Below are positions 1-11,122 of a stretch of DNA of 64,000 bases, one piece after another. The first letter of the stretch is position 1. Every line of letters starts with the position of its first letter. The translations under genes and the position numbers were made by a program. A model generated the notes under the pieces. The model was given only the letters and a program-made list of their open reading frames with translations. It searched no databases and was not told the DNA's origin. The stretch is from Macrostomum hystrix (lineage: Eukaryota > Animalia > Platyhelminthes): contig CATNEN010000003.1 in NCBI GenBank assembly GCA_950097015.1, forward strand, positions 6,758,001 to 6,822,000. The letters run 5' to 3'.

Positions 1-329
1 AGAAGTCATTTAATGTAAGACCCGAGTACTTTGTAAGATTCAACTGAATATTGGCTTAGCAAATAAGTCAAAGAAAACATTTTTACGAGCCGTACTGTTA
101 ACCAATTTTACGATGAAACAGCATACATCAAGGTATTTATTACACGATACATACTACTGGAATCAAAGTGAATCGCGCGCCAGTAGTATGCATAGAGTTT
201 AAAGCAGTGCTACTAGATGAAAAAATTGACAAAAAAACTGGGCATATTGAGGCCGCTTTCAATTTGTGTGGATTTCAAGATGTTTTATCTCTACAAAATG
301 TCGTCATACATTGGAAAAGCTGTTCTATC

Positions 330-533
330 TCAACTATCGTAGATTATATCATAGTGACCCGGCCGATACAGCAGGGTTAGCACAGGACTGGATACGCCAT
401 CGTCTGGGAAAGTGTGCCGACTAATTCCAGCACCGTCACGATGCATGTACTCCACAGCGATGCAGGTCTCAAGGGTCTGGGTTAGGGCAATGATGTGGAT
501 GTGATCCGATTCGTGACGCATCGGCTCCACTTC
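330..533 (-). CDS. OTUB1: Otubain, coding exon 2
   Basis: Acceptor cccgcag|GAA. Encodes EVEPMRHESDHIHIIAL...LLYRPGHYDIIYDS*, matching the OTUB1 C-terminus (EVEPM.KESDHIHIIAL...YRPGHYD) and in frame with exon 1. Confidence 0.93.
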   Translation of the reverse strand, partial: EVEPMRHESDHIHIIALTQTLETCIAVEYMHRDGAGISRHTFPDDGVSSPVLTLLYRPGHYDIIYDS

Positions 534-596
534 CTGCGGGATTAATCAGTGGGACATGTATTCATTTACCTAAGTATAAACAGATCCGATCCCATA

Positions 597-722
597 ATCC
601 CACACAATACCGATTCTTAAATACCGCACAATACCGATTCTTAAATCCCACACAATACCGATTCTTAAATACCGCACAATACCGATTCTTAAATCCCACA
701 CAATACCGATTCTTAATCCCAA
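597..722. repeat. Short minisatellite, ~24-bp unit (c/a)cc(a/g)cacaataccgattcttaaat, ~5 copies, in OTUB intron
   Basis: Tandem copies visible directly. Confidence 0.85.
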
Positions 723-796
723 ACTCAAATAAAAATCCTTAAATCCCTAAAAAAATACCATCAAAAAGATCCTAAACGCCATGAATTTTCAGACAG

Positions 797-2042
797 CCCA
801 AACTAGACCATCTTCAAAGATCCCAAACTAGTCCATCTTCAAAGATCCCAAACTAGACCATCTTCAAAGATCCCAAACTAGTCCATCTTCAAAGATCCCA
901 AACTGACCATCTTCAAAGATCCCAAACTAGACCATCTTCAAAGATCCCAAACTAGTCCATCTTCAAAGATCCCAAACTGACCATCTTCAAAGATCCCAAA
1001 CTAGTCCATCTTCAAAGATCCCAAACTAGACCATCTTCAAAGATCCCAAACTGACCATCTTCAAAGATCCCAAACTAGACCATCTTCAAAGATCCCAAAC
1101 TAGTCCATCTTCAAAGATCCCAAACTAGACCATCTTCAAAGATCCCAAACTGACCATCTTCAAAGATCCCAAACTAGACCATCTTCAAAGATCCCAAAAT
1201 AGACCATCTTCAAAAATCCCAAACTGACCATCTTCAAAGATCCCAAACTGACCATCTTCAAAGATCCCAAACTAGTCCATCTTCAAAGATCCCAAACTAG
1301 ACCATCTTCAAAGATCCCAAACTGACCATCTTCAAAGATCCCAAACTAGTCCATCTTCAAAGATCCCAAACTAGACCATCTTCAAAGATCCCAAACTGAC
1401 CATCTTCAAAGATCCCAAACTAGACCATCTTCAAAGATCCCAAACTAGTCCATCTTCAAAGATCCCAAACTGACCATCTTCAAAGATCCCAAACTAGTCC
1501 ATCTTCAAAGATCCCAAACTAGACCATCTTCAAAGATCCCAAACTGACCATCTTCAAAGATCCCAAACTAGACCATCTTCAAAGATCCCAAACTAGTCCA
1601 TCTTCAAAAATCCCAAACTAGACCATCTTCAAAGATCCCAAACTGACCATCTTCAAAGATCCCAAACTAGACCATCTTCAAAGATCCCAAACTAGACCAT
1701 CTTCAAAAATCCCAAACTGACCATCTTCAAAGATCCCAAACTGACCATCTTCAAAGATCCCAAACTAGTCCATCTTCAAAGATCCCAAACTAGACCATCT
1801 TCAAAGATCCCAAACTGACCATCTTCAAAGATCCCAAACTAGTCCATCTTCAAAGATCCCAAACTGACCATCTTCAAAGATCCCAAACTAGACCATCTTC
1901 AAAGATCCCAAACTAGACCATCTTCAAAGATCCCAAACTAGATCATCTTCAAAGATCCCAAACTAGTCCATCTTCAAAGATCCCAAACTAGACCATCTTC
2001 AAAGATCCCCCAAACTGACCATCTTCAAAGATCCCAAACTGA
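797..2042. repeat. Minisatellite, 25/24-bp unit cccaaact(a)g(a/t)ccatcttcaaagat, ~50 copies, in OTUB intron
   Basis: Near-perfect tandem array with three interspersed unit variants (ctagacc, ctagtcc, ctgacc). Confidence 0.97.
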
Positions 2043-2082
2043 ATTGCAAGAATAAGTATGTAAACATTAAAGCAACACCCAC

Positions 2083-2697
2083 GGTGGCACAGAAGTCTTT
2101 GATAGTCTTCTCGCCGTCCAGGAAGCTCTGAAAGAATTCGGCATTGGTTTGCAAATGGCCGCTAACTAGCAGGCGAAGGAACACTACCACATAGTCGCTC
2201 TGGCCTGCGTTGTTAAACACGGCCTCTAAATCGGCCGTAGTGCACTCTCGCCGTTCGACAGTCTCAACTAGATCGCAGAACGAATCACAAAAGTCGTCAA
2301 CAGTTACGGCAGAGTAGCCTAATTCTATGATGGCATCTTTTCGTCTACGGCACAGATCGCGTAGTTTGGCCGCAGCCTCAGGCGGTTGATTACGCAACTG
2401 GTCCAGAAAGGCAAAGCCGAAGCCGCGATAGAAACAGTTGCCATCGCCTCTAGTGCGTCTTAGGCGAGGATAACGCGAAGCTAATTGTTCACATTTGGCT
2501 AGGAAAACGGGATCGTCTGTGTACTCCTCCATTAGGGAACTGGTTGGCACAAAAGGTGTCACCAGGGCCTGAGCCATAGCAATTTCATTCTCAATGTCCT
2601 GCTGCTGCTTCTGGTAGGCCTCGTAGAGGGTGCATGGATCGGAGGCTGTTCCTGCCTTATCTGGTTGAGCTTGAGCGCGTTCAGACTGCTCAGACAT
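2083..2697 (-). CDS. OTUB1: Otubain (OTUB1-like ubiquitin thioesterase), coding exon 1
   Basis: ORF 1999..2697 has the otubain catalytic motif RGDGNCFYR and SDYVVVFLRL. Phase-0 donor ACC|GTGGGT at 2082 after DFCAT. Confidence 0.93.
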
Positions 2698-2961
2698 ATT
2701 TCTTTTTTTCTATATAAAGCTATCTATTTTATCTGTTGATAGTTTTTTATAGTTAAAATTCTCACTGAAAGAAATTTTATGAATTATGTCATTTTTTTAT
2801 TTTTTATTTTATATTTTTTTATTCTGAGCAGCTAAATGAGGAATAGTATAGATCAGGGGTTTGGAAAACTGCTATGTTTTGCAGACTAGATAGAGAATAC
2901 TAAATAAAATAATGAGACTAAACAGTAATCCTGATAGTTTAGATAAGAGAAAGCTAGTAAA

Positions 2962-3504
2962 TTCGCCTTCGAGGCGGATAAAACCCGAGGTCAGACCGGG
3001 CCCACCACCGTACCGGCCAATGAAGGGTCCTCGGACCCCAAGGCTGGGACTGGGGGCAGGGCCCAGTCGTCCCGCCAAAAAAGGCCAGAGCGTGCCATCG
3101 CTGGCAGCTCTGAGCGTCGCCCCGCGCGTGTCACAAAGCGCCGGGGCCTTCTCCAGCGGGCCTCCGAGGTGGTGCGAACCGCCAAGATGGCCCAGCTGCG
3201 CGCTGAGATGCGCGGTGGCCCACCGGGGCAGGCGCCGCAACCAAGGGCTACGGGGGAGGCCTCAGAGGTGCCCAGCTCCATCGAGCAGGGCCCTTCGAGC
3301 GCCCCTCCCACGGCCCAGGGAGCGGTGTCGGCTCCAGTTGAGGGCGACTCTGGGCCTGGGCTCGGGGCCGGGGGCGGGGACTGGGCGGCTGACGCCGTCG
3401 AGTTCCCGTCTCCGGCTCGGGGCCTGGGCACGGAGGAGCCCATGGCTACCGACATCGACCCGGAGGAGGAGGACCGCCTTCTGGATGGGTCCCCCTCCAA
3501 GTAG
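2962..3504 (+). CDS. C-terminal remnant of LINE ORF1 (5'-truncated, low complexity)
   Basis: Frame is open from the first base after the TSD (FAFEADKTRG...) through ORF 3169..3504 to TAG at 3502-3504. Confidence 0.6.
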   Translation, partial: FAFEADKTRGQTGPTTVPANEGSSDPKAGTGGRAQSSRQKRPERAIAGSSERRPARVTKRRGLLQRASEVVRTAKMAQLRAEMRGGPPGQAPQPRATGEASEVPSSIEQGPSSAPPTAQGAVSAPVEGDSGPGLGAGGGDWAADAVEFPSPARGLGTEEPMATDIDPEEEDRLLDGSPSK

Positions 3505-3516
3505 ACCTCTGCCTGC

Positions 3517-6500
3517 ATGATGATCCCCGGAATATCATGTCTGCAAGTTAACACCCAGCACTGCGTGGCAGCATCAGTCAATCTGATGCGCACGACAGAG
3601 CGCATGATGCCGGGCCTTGTACTTGTGCAGGAGCCCTGGCTATCAAAGAACAAGCCAAGCAACATTCCTGCTGGCTATGACTGCTTCTGCATGGCAGACT
3701 CTGTCCGCCCTAGATCACTGATCTATGCCGCAAAAGCCTTAAATGCGTGGATGAGACCCGATCTCTCTAACGGGGACATCTGCGTCATCCAATCTGCACA
3801 CATTGTGCCTAACAAGTTGACCCTCGTGGCATCCGCCTACCTGGCAGGCGACGCCCCCGTGGTTAGCGATACCCTCGTCGCCCTCTGTGAATTCGCCAGG
3901 GCACGAAACTTCGAGCTGCTCCTCGCGGGAGATGTAAACTCGCATCACACCCACTGGGGTAGCTCAAAAATCAATGACCGCGGCGAAGAGCTCCTGGCCT
4001 TCGTCAGCGGCACGCCTCTAAACTTCTGCAATGTGGGCAACACGCCCACTTTCGACAATGGGCGGTGGGCTGAGGTGCTTGACGTCACCCTGGCCTCACC
4101 CGGCATCCTCCCAAGGGTGCTGGGGTGGGAGGTGTGGGAGACCGAAAGCTCGCTCTCGGACCACCGTTTCATCCGTTTCAACATCGGCACCCCCGATAAG
4201 AAGCAAAAGCCTATTTGGAGGCGTAATGTCAGAAATACCGACTGGCCCGCGTTCAGCCAAAAGCTGCATGAGGGCCTTCGGGATTCTGACCCCTCCATGG
4301 CCATGGAAACCACGCAGGACCTGGATGGAGTGGCTGCCCTGCTGGGCGGCGCCATCACAGAGGCCTACGAAATGGCTTGCCCGCTCAAAGCCTACAAAGG
4401 CAAAAAATCGGCCCCCTGGTGGAACCCCGAGCTCGGAGTCCTAAGACGCCGGGCTAAGGCTCTCCAGAGGAAGCTGAAAACCTCGCACGACCCTGATGAC
4501 AAAGAGGCCTATACTCGCGCCATCCATGAGTTTAAGGGCCGGGTCAGAAGGGCAAAAGCGGACAAGTGGCGACAATACTGCGAAGGGCTTGAGGGCTCGC
4601 GGCCCACGGCCCGCGTGGTAAAGGCGCTCACCAACGACCGCTTCTCCAAGCTCTCATCGATTAAAAAGCCGGACGGCTCGATCACTGAGCGCCCGGAGGA
4701 AACGCTCGAGCTTATGCTAGGGCATTTCTTCCCGAGTGTACCGGCGCACTTCGGCCCAGACGACCACTCGCGTGGAGGTCAGGGCCTGGCTCAGTCACTC
4801 GTTACGAATGACCGCATCGTTCGCGCGGCTAAGTCATTCAATCCTTTTAAAGCACCTGGGCCAGATGGTATATATCCGGCCTTTCTGCATGAAGCGGTTA
4901 AAAATGGCCGCTTCCTCCATCTCCTCTGCAGACTTCTACGGGCCTGCATCGTGCTGGGCTACGTACCAGCGCGGTGGCATGAAGCCCGGGTCGTCTTCAT
5001 CCCGAAGCCCGCCAAAGGCGACTATCGCTCGGTCAAGTCTTATCGCCCGATAAGCTTGACTTCCACCTGCCTCAAGCTCATGGAAAGACTGGTGCTCTGG
5101 CGCCTTCTTACTGTAGAGCTAGGGCGGGCCCCGCTCTCACCAAACCAGCACGCCTTTCGGGCGGGCCGGTCCACGGAGAGCGCCCTCCACTGCATTGTGG
5201 AGACTCTCGAGAAGGCAGTGCTGGGCAGCGGTTTTGCCCTGGCTGTTTTCCTTGATATTGAGGGGGCCTTCGATAACGTTATTTTCGAAGCCTTTGAGAA
5301 GGCCCTGGTTTCCAGGGCCACTCACCCCCACCTCGTCCGTTGGGTCATGTACATGATCCGGAATCGCCACGTGGTGGCCCACCTCGAAGGCAGGGTGCTC
5401 TCGGCACCTGTCCTAAAAGGAGGGCCCCAAGGTGGCGTCCTCACCCCACTGCTGTGGAATCTCGTCATGGATGAGCTGCTAAAAAGCACTCGGCCTGACC
5501 CAGTCCTGAAGGTGGGATATGCCGACGATGTGACCGCCATCTGCGCGGGCCCCTCGGCGGAAACCACCAGGGACCTCATTCAGGGCTTTATCAACAGGGC
5601 GGTGCGCTGGGCGGACCAATGCGGGCTCCGACTCTCTGAGTCCAAGACCGTTGCGGTTATGTTTACCAGCAGGCTGCGCTGGACCATTGAGCCTCTGACT
5701 CTCTATGGCAAGAATATTGCCATGGAAAAGCAGGTCCGGTGCCTTGGTATCCTGCTAGACCATAGGCTTAACTGGACCCCGCACATTACCACAAAGGCCA
5801 AGAGGGCCCTGGCCATTCTGGCGCAAGTCAGGCGAGCCGTGGGCACCACTTGGGGGCTAACCCCCAAAAACCTTTGGTGGATTTACACGGCGATCATTAG
5901 ACCGTCAGTCGCTTACGCTGGCCTCATCTGGGCCAGTGCCATGAGCATCCAGAAAAACCTGGAGGCGCTTTATAGGGTGCAGGGCAGAGCCTGTCGCATG
6001 ACGCTGGGCGCCCCACCCTCCACTCCCTTTGAAGGCATGAACGCTTTCCTCAACGCTACACCCATTGACATTTTTGTTAAGGGGGAAGCGGCAAAGTCCA
6101 CCCGTCGTCTCCTTGATGCGGGTGTATCCTTCCAGAATTCGCGAGCCTTCTCGAAGCGCTCCCTTCTGCCCCACTCTGACCTCTGCCTGAAAACTCTGGG
6201 CGAGTGCGGAGGGCTCACCATCCTTTCGGACGGGGCCCCGGCCACTTTACTCCGGAGCCACAGGTACAAAGTCAGCATCTTCCCTCGTAATGAGGTAAAG
6301 GACTGCTGGGATGACCCCGCAGTCCACTGTTACACTGACGGCTCCCTGATGAACGGTAAATCGGGATTCGGGGTGTGCGTCGCCTCGGGTGGCGAGGTCC
6401 TCTGGACCCACTCCCAACACTGTGGCAAGAGCTCAAGCGTTTTCCAAAACGAAATGCTCGCCATCAGTTTCTGTGCGGCTGAGCTGCGCCAGAGGCAGCT

Positions 6501-7221
6501 GGCTGGTCGGAGGATCTTTTTTCACTCCGACAGTCAAGCAGCCCTCAAGGCCCTCAGTCGCTGCACCTCTCGCTCCAGAACCACCTTGGACTGCAACACC
6601 CAGTTAAACGGTTTGGCGCAGTCTAACAAGGTGGAGCTGATGTGGATCCCTGGGCACGCCGGGCTCACAGGGAATGAGATGGCGGACGAGCTTGCAAAGG
6701 CTGGAGCAGCCAGCTCCCTGATGGGCCCGGGCCCGGAATCCCCGATCCCCGCCTCCGTTGTCAACTCCAGCATCAACCACTGGATGGAGACCCAGCACCG
6801 GAGGAGGTGGTCCAGCACCCTGAACTGTCGCCAGTCCAGGGCTGCGGTGCCAACCCCCTCTAGTAACCTGCGTAAGGCCTTACTCAGGCTAAACCGCAGA
6901 GACCTGAGAGCAGTCACCATGGCCCTTTCGGGACATGGCTGCTTCACCAGACACCGCTACCTCCAAGGCCACGTGCCTGAGGAAACGTGTCCTTTCTGCT
7001 GCTCCGGCCGTGAAAACGCCGAGCATTTCATTTGCCACTGCCCGGCCTTCACCCGGGCTAGGCTAAAACACCTCGGGCCGGCACCGACTCTTGCCGAAGC
7101 CTGCTCGCCCGAGAACATCCCTCAGCTCGCCCACTTCCTCCGGGATACCGGCCGAGCTGATTTCTTCCCAGCCTATGGCGAGGAAGATCGCGCGGCGGAA
7201 CCGACCGACGGACCACCCTGA
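3517..7221 (+). CDS. LINE ORF2: AP endonuclease + reverse transcriptase + RNase H + CCHC knuckle (1234 aa)
   Basis: APE motifs LVQEPW, GDVNSHH, SDHRFI. RT motifs [33 protein letters not shown]. RNase H motifs YTDGS, SDSQAA, WIPGH...GNEMAD. C-terminal CPFC-x8-H-x4-C. Confidence 0.96.
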   Translation: MMIPGISCLQVNTQHCVAASVNLMRTTERMMPGLVLVQEPWLSKNKPSNIPAGYDCFCMADSVRPRSLIYAAKALNAWMRPDLSNGDICVIQSAHIVPNKLTLVASAYLAGDAPVVSDTLVALCEFARARNFELLLAGDVNSHHTHWGSSKINDRGEELLAFVSGTPLNFCNVGNTPTFDNGRWAEVLDVTLASPGILPRVLGWEVWETESSLSDHRFIRFNIGTPDKKQKPIWRRNVRNTDWPAFSQKLHEGLRDSDPSMAMETTQDLDGVAALLGGAITEAYEMACPLKAYKGKKSAPWWNPELGVLRRRAKALQRKLKTSHDPDDKEAYTRAIHEFKGRVRRAKADKWRQYCEGLEGSRPTARVVKALTNDRFSKLSSIKKPDGSITERPEETLELMLGHFFPSVPAHFGPDDHSRGGQGLAQSLVTNDRIVRAAKSFNPFKAPGPDGIYPAFLHEAVKNGRFLHLLCRLLRACIVLGYVPARWHEARVVFIPKPAKGDYRSVKSYRPISLTSTCLKLMERLVLWRLLTVELGRAPLSPNQHAFRAGRSTESALHCIVETLEKAVLGSGFALAVFLDIEGAFDNVIFEAFEKALVSRATHPHLVRWVMYMIRNRHVVAHLEGRVLSAPVLKGGPQGGVLTPLLWNLVMDELLKSTRPDPVLKVGYADDVTAICAGPSAETTRDLIQGFINRAVRWADQCGLRLSESKTVAVMFTSRLRWTIEPLTLYGKNIAMEKQVRCLGILLDHRLNWTPHITTKAKRALAILAQVRRAVGTTWGLTPKNLWWIYTAIIRPSVAYAGLIWASAMSIQKNLEALYRVQGRACRMTLGAPPSTPFEGMNAFLNATPIDIFVKGEAAKSTRRLLDAGVSFQNSRAFSKRSLLPHSDLCLKTLGECGGLTILSDGAPATLLRSHRYKVSIFPRNEVKDCWDDPAVHCYTDGSLMNGKSGFGVCVASGGEVLWTHSQHCGKSSSVFQNEMLAISFCAAELRQRQLAGRRIFFHSDSQAALKALSRCTSRSRTTLDCNTQLNGLAQSNKVELMWIPGHAGLTGNEMADELAKAGAASSLMGPGPESPIPASVVNSSINHWMETQHRRRWSSTLNCRQSRAAVPTPSSNLRKALLRLNRRDLRAVTMALSGHGCFTRHRYLQGHVPEETCPFCCSGRENAEHFICHCPAFTRARLKHLGPAPTLAEACSPENIPQLAHFLRDTGRADFFPAYGEEDRAAEPTDGPP

Positions 7222-7412
7222 GCGGCACCGCCTCGCTGGAGGCCGTCTGGCTGCCAGGGGTTAGCGATATGGGCGGCAGCAGCCGCCTCCTCGCTGCGTC
7301 CGTCATGGAGGCCCCCTGCCGCTAAGTCAAGTAAGTCAAGCTAGTAAAATTTGATGGCAGATAAGAGAAAAGTAAAAGGGAATATGACAAAAAATAATGC
7401 ACAGAAGAGATG

Positions 7413-8716
7413 CGAGGGTTGCTCAATAAGTTTCCGGAAAAACATAGTTCTAGGCATTATTTTTAGGAGCTTTTAGGAAATGATCGGGGAATATGTTAAG
7501 ACAGTATGCCTAAAATTTCAGCTCACTGCATTTCCATGTTCACTCGCAAGAGAGCCCAGACTGACGAGAACCAGGACCCACCTCCAGGCCTGACCCGGCG
7601 TGACAAGAGAGCCATGATGCTGCTGCTTTCCCGCTTGGGAAATTCTCCATCCCAGTGCCTGCAGATGCTTCGAACGGCGCTTGGAGGTGAAGCCCCAAAC
7701 CAGAGCGTCGTGTACGAGTGGCACGCTCGTTTTCGGACTGGTGCATTCGGTCTTGACGACGATCCGCGTGAAGGACGTCCAACAACTGTGGCTGCCACCA
7801 GGCGTCTGCTTGACGAAGACAGACGTGTGACCACTAGTGAGCTCGTGCAGAATGTGGGGGTGTCAGATGGCACCATGAATTCCATTCCACACGATCGACT
7901 TGGCATACGCAAGCTGTGCGCCAGATGGGTACCCCATCAGCTAACTGCCGAGCACAGGGCAGCCCGAGTCAGTTTCTGCCAGTCTGCGCTGCGTCAGTTC
8001 AACGCAGGAGCCTCACCGCTGGTGTCCAACGTGCTAACAGGTGACGAAACCTGGATCTACTTTTATGATCCAGAAACTAAAGCTCAGAGCCGGCAATGGG
8101 TTGCTGATGGTGAAGAAGTGCCGGTGAAATTCGCACGAGAACGCAGTGTCGGGAAAGTGATGGTCGCAGTTTTCTTCCGTCGCTGTGGGATTCTGCCGCC
8201 TGTGGTGCTGGACAGTGTACCACAGTGACGGCAGAGTGGTACACAACCAGATGCCACACTGAAGTGCTGCGATCGCTTCAAGAACAGCGGCCAAAGACCA
8301 GAGATCGGCACATCATCCTGCACTACGATAACGCACCGGCACACAAGGCCCGAGTGACGGCAGAGTTTTTGTCGGCGACAAACCTGATGCTGCTGCCGCA
8401 TCCGCCGTATTCACCTGATCTGGCGCCTTGCGATTTCTTCCTCTTTCCGAAAATCAAGCGGAATTTGAAAGGGAGGCGTTTTGACACCCAGGAGGAGCTG
8501 CTGAATGCGAAAGGCGAAGGCGAATTGGCGAAAATCAACAGAGACCATTTGGGGGCATGTTTTTCTGTGTGGTTTAACAGGTTGAAAAAGTGCTTGGATT
8601 ACGATGGCGTATATTTTGAGAAATTTTAGGATGTGTGTCGGACTGCTAGTAAAATTTCATGCTGGTTTGATATCTTAAAATATGTTTTTTTCCGGAAACT
8701 TATTAAGCAGCCCTCA
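7413..8716 (+). mobile_element. Mariner (Tc1/mariner, DD34D) transposon, full length ~1.3 kb, inactive
   Basis: TIRs cgagggttgctcaataagtttccggaaaa (from 7413) and ttttccggaaacttattaagcagccctca (to 8716). Flanked by TG on the left (mutated TA) and TA on the right. Confidence 0.93.
7506..8629 (+). pseudogene. Frameshifted mariner transposase
   Basis: ORFs 7506..8228 and 8225..8629 carry WVPHQL, TGDETW, HYDNAPAH and YSPDLAPCDF. Exactly 34 residues lie between the second and third Asp. Frameshift near 8225. Confidence 0.92.
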
Positions 8717-9154
8717 TACTTGTAAGATGTGAAGAGATAAAATATATAGGAATGATACATTAAAGATTAAACATGCAAAAGTGGGACAGGAAAGATATCG
8801 GGGACAAAAGAAAATAAGAAAGAGACAAAACTACAAAAAACAATGGTTAAAAAAGCCATAGAACTTAAACGTATTTATCTATTGCTAAAAGCAGCTAAAA
8901 GTCTTTAAGACCTAATAATAGGCCTACTAAATGAACCAGAAAAAAATTTGTTTCATTTAAGTGCTATTTTAAGTACATTTCTGCCATATAAGGTAAAACA
9001 AAAATGAAAAAATTAGTTAAGTAACAAGCAGGGGAGATATATAAGCAAAATGGTTGACAAGCTTAGGTCTATAGCCAAAAGGGATGAGCTGGTTAGTGGG
9101 AGGGGAAGTTTAAGCACATCTTCTACATTCTGCTAATATGCTCAACCAATTTTC

Positions 9155-9601
9155 GGCATAATTCTAGTTTACTTTGTTATATTAATTTCATGTATTTTCT
9201 TACTCTTGCCACAACCCTTTCAGCCATTATGGCTGGTCGCCCAGCTGCAACGACAGTTATTTGCCCTGCAAATAAAATTGTTAACGCTGCTGAGCTTTTA
9301 AACTATACTGAAAGAAACTTTGGAATTTGCGAGATGGTGGAAGCCAGTCGGGATGATTTCACCACCATGAAGTGGCTTGCAAAGTATCACCTGATTTCCA
9401 ACCAGACGAGATGCACATGCACTTCATGTGACATAGACATGCATCTGCAACATAGACAGGGAAGCATGTTCGTCTACGGCTTTGCCTGGGCTTGCTGCCT
9501 ATGTCGGGCGCAGCACTCCGTCACAGGCGGATAAAATAAAACAGGGTAAAATAATTTAACAAAGGGCAGAATAATATAACAAAGTAAACTAGAACTATGC
9601 C
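9155..9601 (+). mobile_element. Merlin/IS1595-like DNA transposon internal-deletion derivative (447 bp)
   Basis: 29-bp TIRs with 1 mismatch, starting GG (9155-9183 and 9573-9601). Internal ORF 9190..9534 has WLAKYHLI...CTSC...WACCLC, resembling the N-terminal zinc ribbon of Merlin/ISXO2-type transposases. No clean TSD. Confidence 0.65.
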
Positions 9602-10369
9602 TAATATCTATTGTTAACTAACACATGCTTAAATTCTATTAATTTAACACCATGCCAAAAGGCTGCCTGGCAGTAATATAATCTATTGTAGATCTAAACT
9701 CCACAATTTGGACATGCAATCTAGCAGAATTTAGACACCATTTGAGACCTGTTGTTTCATTGTTTCCCATGGTTTCCAAATGATTTTTTTGTTTTAGCTT
9801 TGATTTAAAGTGAAACTTTTCAGAAAAACTGTTGAACAAACAATTTGAAAATAATGCTGCAGTTTTTCCCAAGCAATCTTTACAACAGCAAGATCTTATG
9901 CAACATAGATATCAACCACCACTGACTTGTTGATTTGATGCCCTTCAAAATGTACCTACTATAATTCATGTATATATAGTCACTTTCTAGAAAAAATCTA
10001 TTTGGTGATATGCTCTATATGATATAGTTATATTCTTGTTTAACTCTTCTTGGGACACCCTCACTGGGCAACCAGGGTGGCAATGCAGGGGAAAGACCAA
10101 AAAGATTGTAAATGGGGATCAAGCAAGATCTGTCATCTAGGATATTTCACATTCCATCTGCCCCCCTCTTTAGAAAATCCAAGTTACTATGCCACTGGAC
10201 ACCCACACTAAGCTCTAAAAATTGAATTTTAAATTTCAAAATAATTTAGAGCAAGAAAGTACATAAAAAAGTACCACATAGTAGCTATTTTTCACTTATT
10301 ATTTACATTTATTGGCTGAGGAAAATATTTCTATATTATTTCTATATTAATATTCTTACAGTGGCCAAA

Positions 10370-11122
10370 AAGCTAGCAATAGCCCATTGTGTAGATGGTG
10401 GGGTGTACACCGGAAAAGTCCAGCGTACACTTGATTTCTGTGGTGTACATTTCTTGGGCATGCGCAGATTTCGGCATACACAACTCATGGTAAGGATTTA
10501 TTTATGTCTGCATTTCTTTTACTTGAAAGTTTCACTAAGAAATACCCAGAAAGGATTATCATATATGTATATGATGTTGCATGTGCGATCCCAAATTATT
10601 ACGACAATTGTTATCAAATTTTTTGTTATTTTACAAAAAAAATTAATTTGAATTTACATTCAATTATTGTTACAAAGAAATTAACCATGGAATATGCTAA
10701 TGCAAATCAATTGACACTCAATTCAATCAAACTCCCTCTGTCTCAAATTTTGTAAAGTATAAAGACCAAACACTGTAAACACAACACCAAGTCACTAACC
10801 GACTATTATAATAGGCTAAGACTTAATATTAAATTATTAAAGAATGGCTAGCAAAGATGCTAGTCTTAGTCTCAGCAAAGCCAGACTTTGTTAGAGCAAA
10901 GCCAGTGTACATAGGAACATAGTGAATAAAATAGTTTCTGTATAAAAATTCACTTAAATTAGCTTGACAAAGGGGGTAGCACATTAGCCTGGGGTTGGCG
11001 CACAGTTGGTAGGCTGGCGCACACTTTGTTGGTAGGCTGGCGTACATGTGGAAATTCCCAGAAAATGCTTCCGGCGTACAACTACAAGAAGAACCATCCA
11101 CAATATGGGCAATAGGCCTAGC
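10370..11122. mobile_element. Old MITE-like element with degenerate terminal inverted repeats
   Basis: agctagcaatagcccattgtgtagatggt...tgtacaccggaa (10370-10414) loosely matches the reverse complement of ttccggcgtaca...accatccacaatatgggcaataggcctagct (11069-11122). Confidence 0.35.

Larger units (their letters stand above)
2962..7337 (+). mobile_element. 5'-truncated non-LTR retrotransposon (APE-RT-RNase H; LOA/Lian-like within the I group)
   Basis: Abrupt GC-rich block. 11-bp TSD aagctagtaaa at 2951-2961 and 7338-7348. 3' end is a short tandem repeat (taagtcaag)2. Contains an ORF1 remnant and an intact ORF2. Confidence 0.93.

Noticed and set aside
2854-9075. A hAT end (caggggtttggaaaac) that might enclose the LINE and mariner as nested insertions
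   Set aside because: No convincing matching right TIR or TSD was found.
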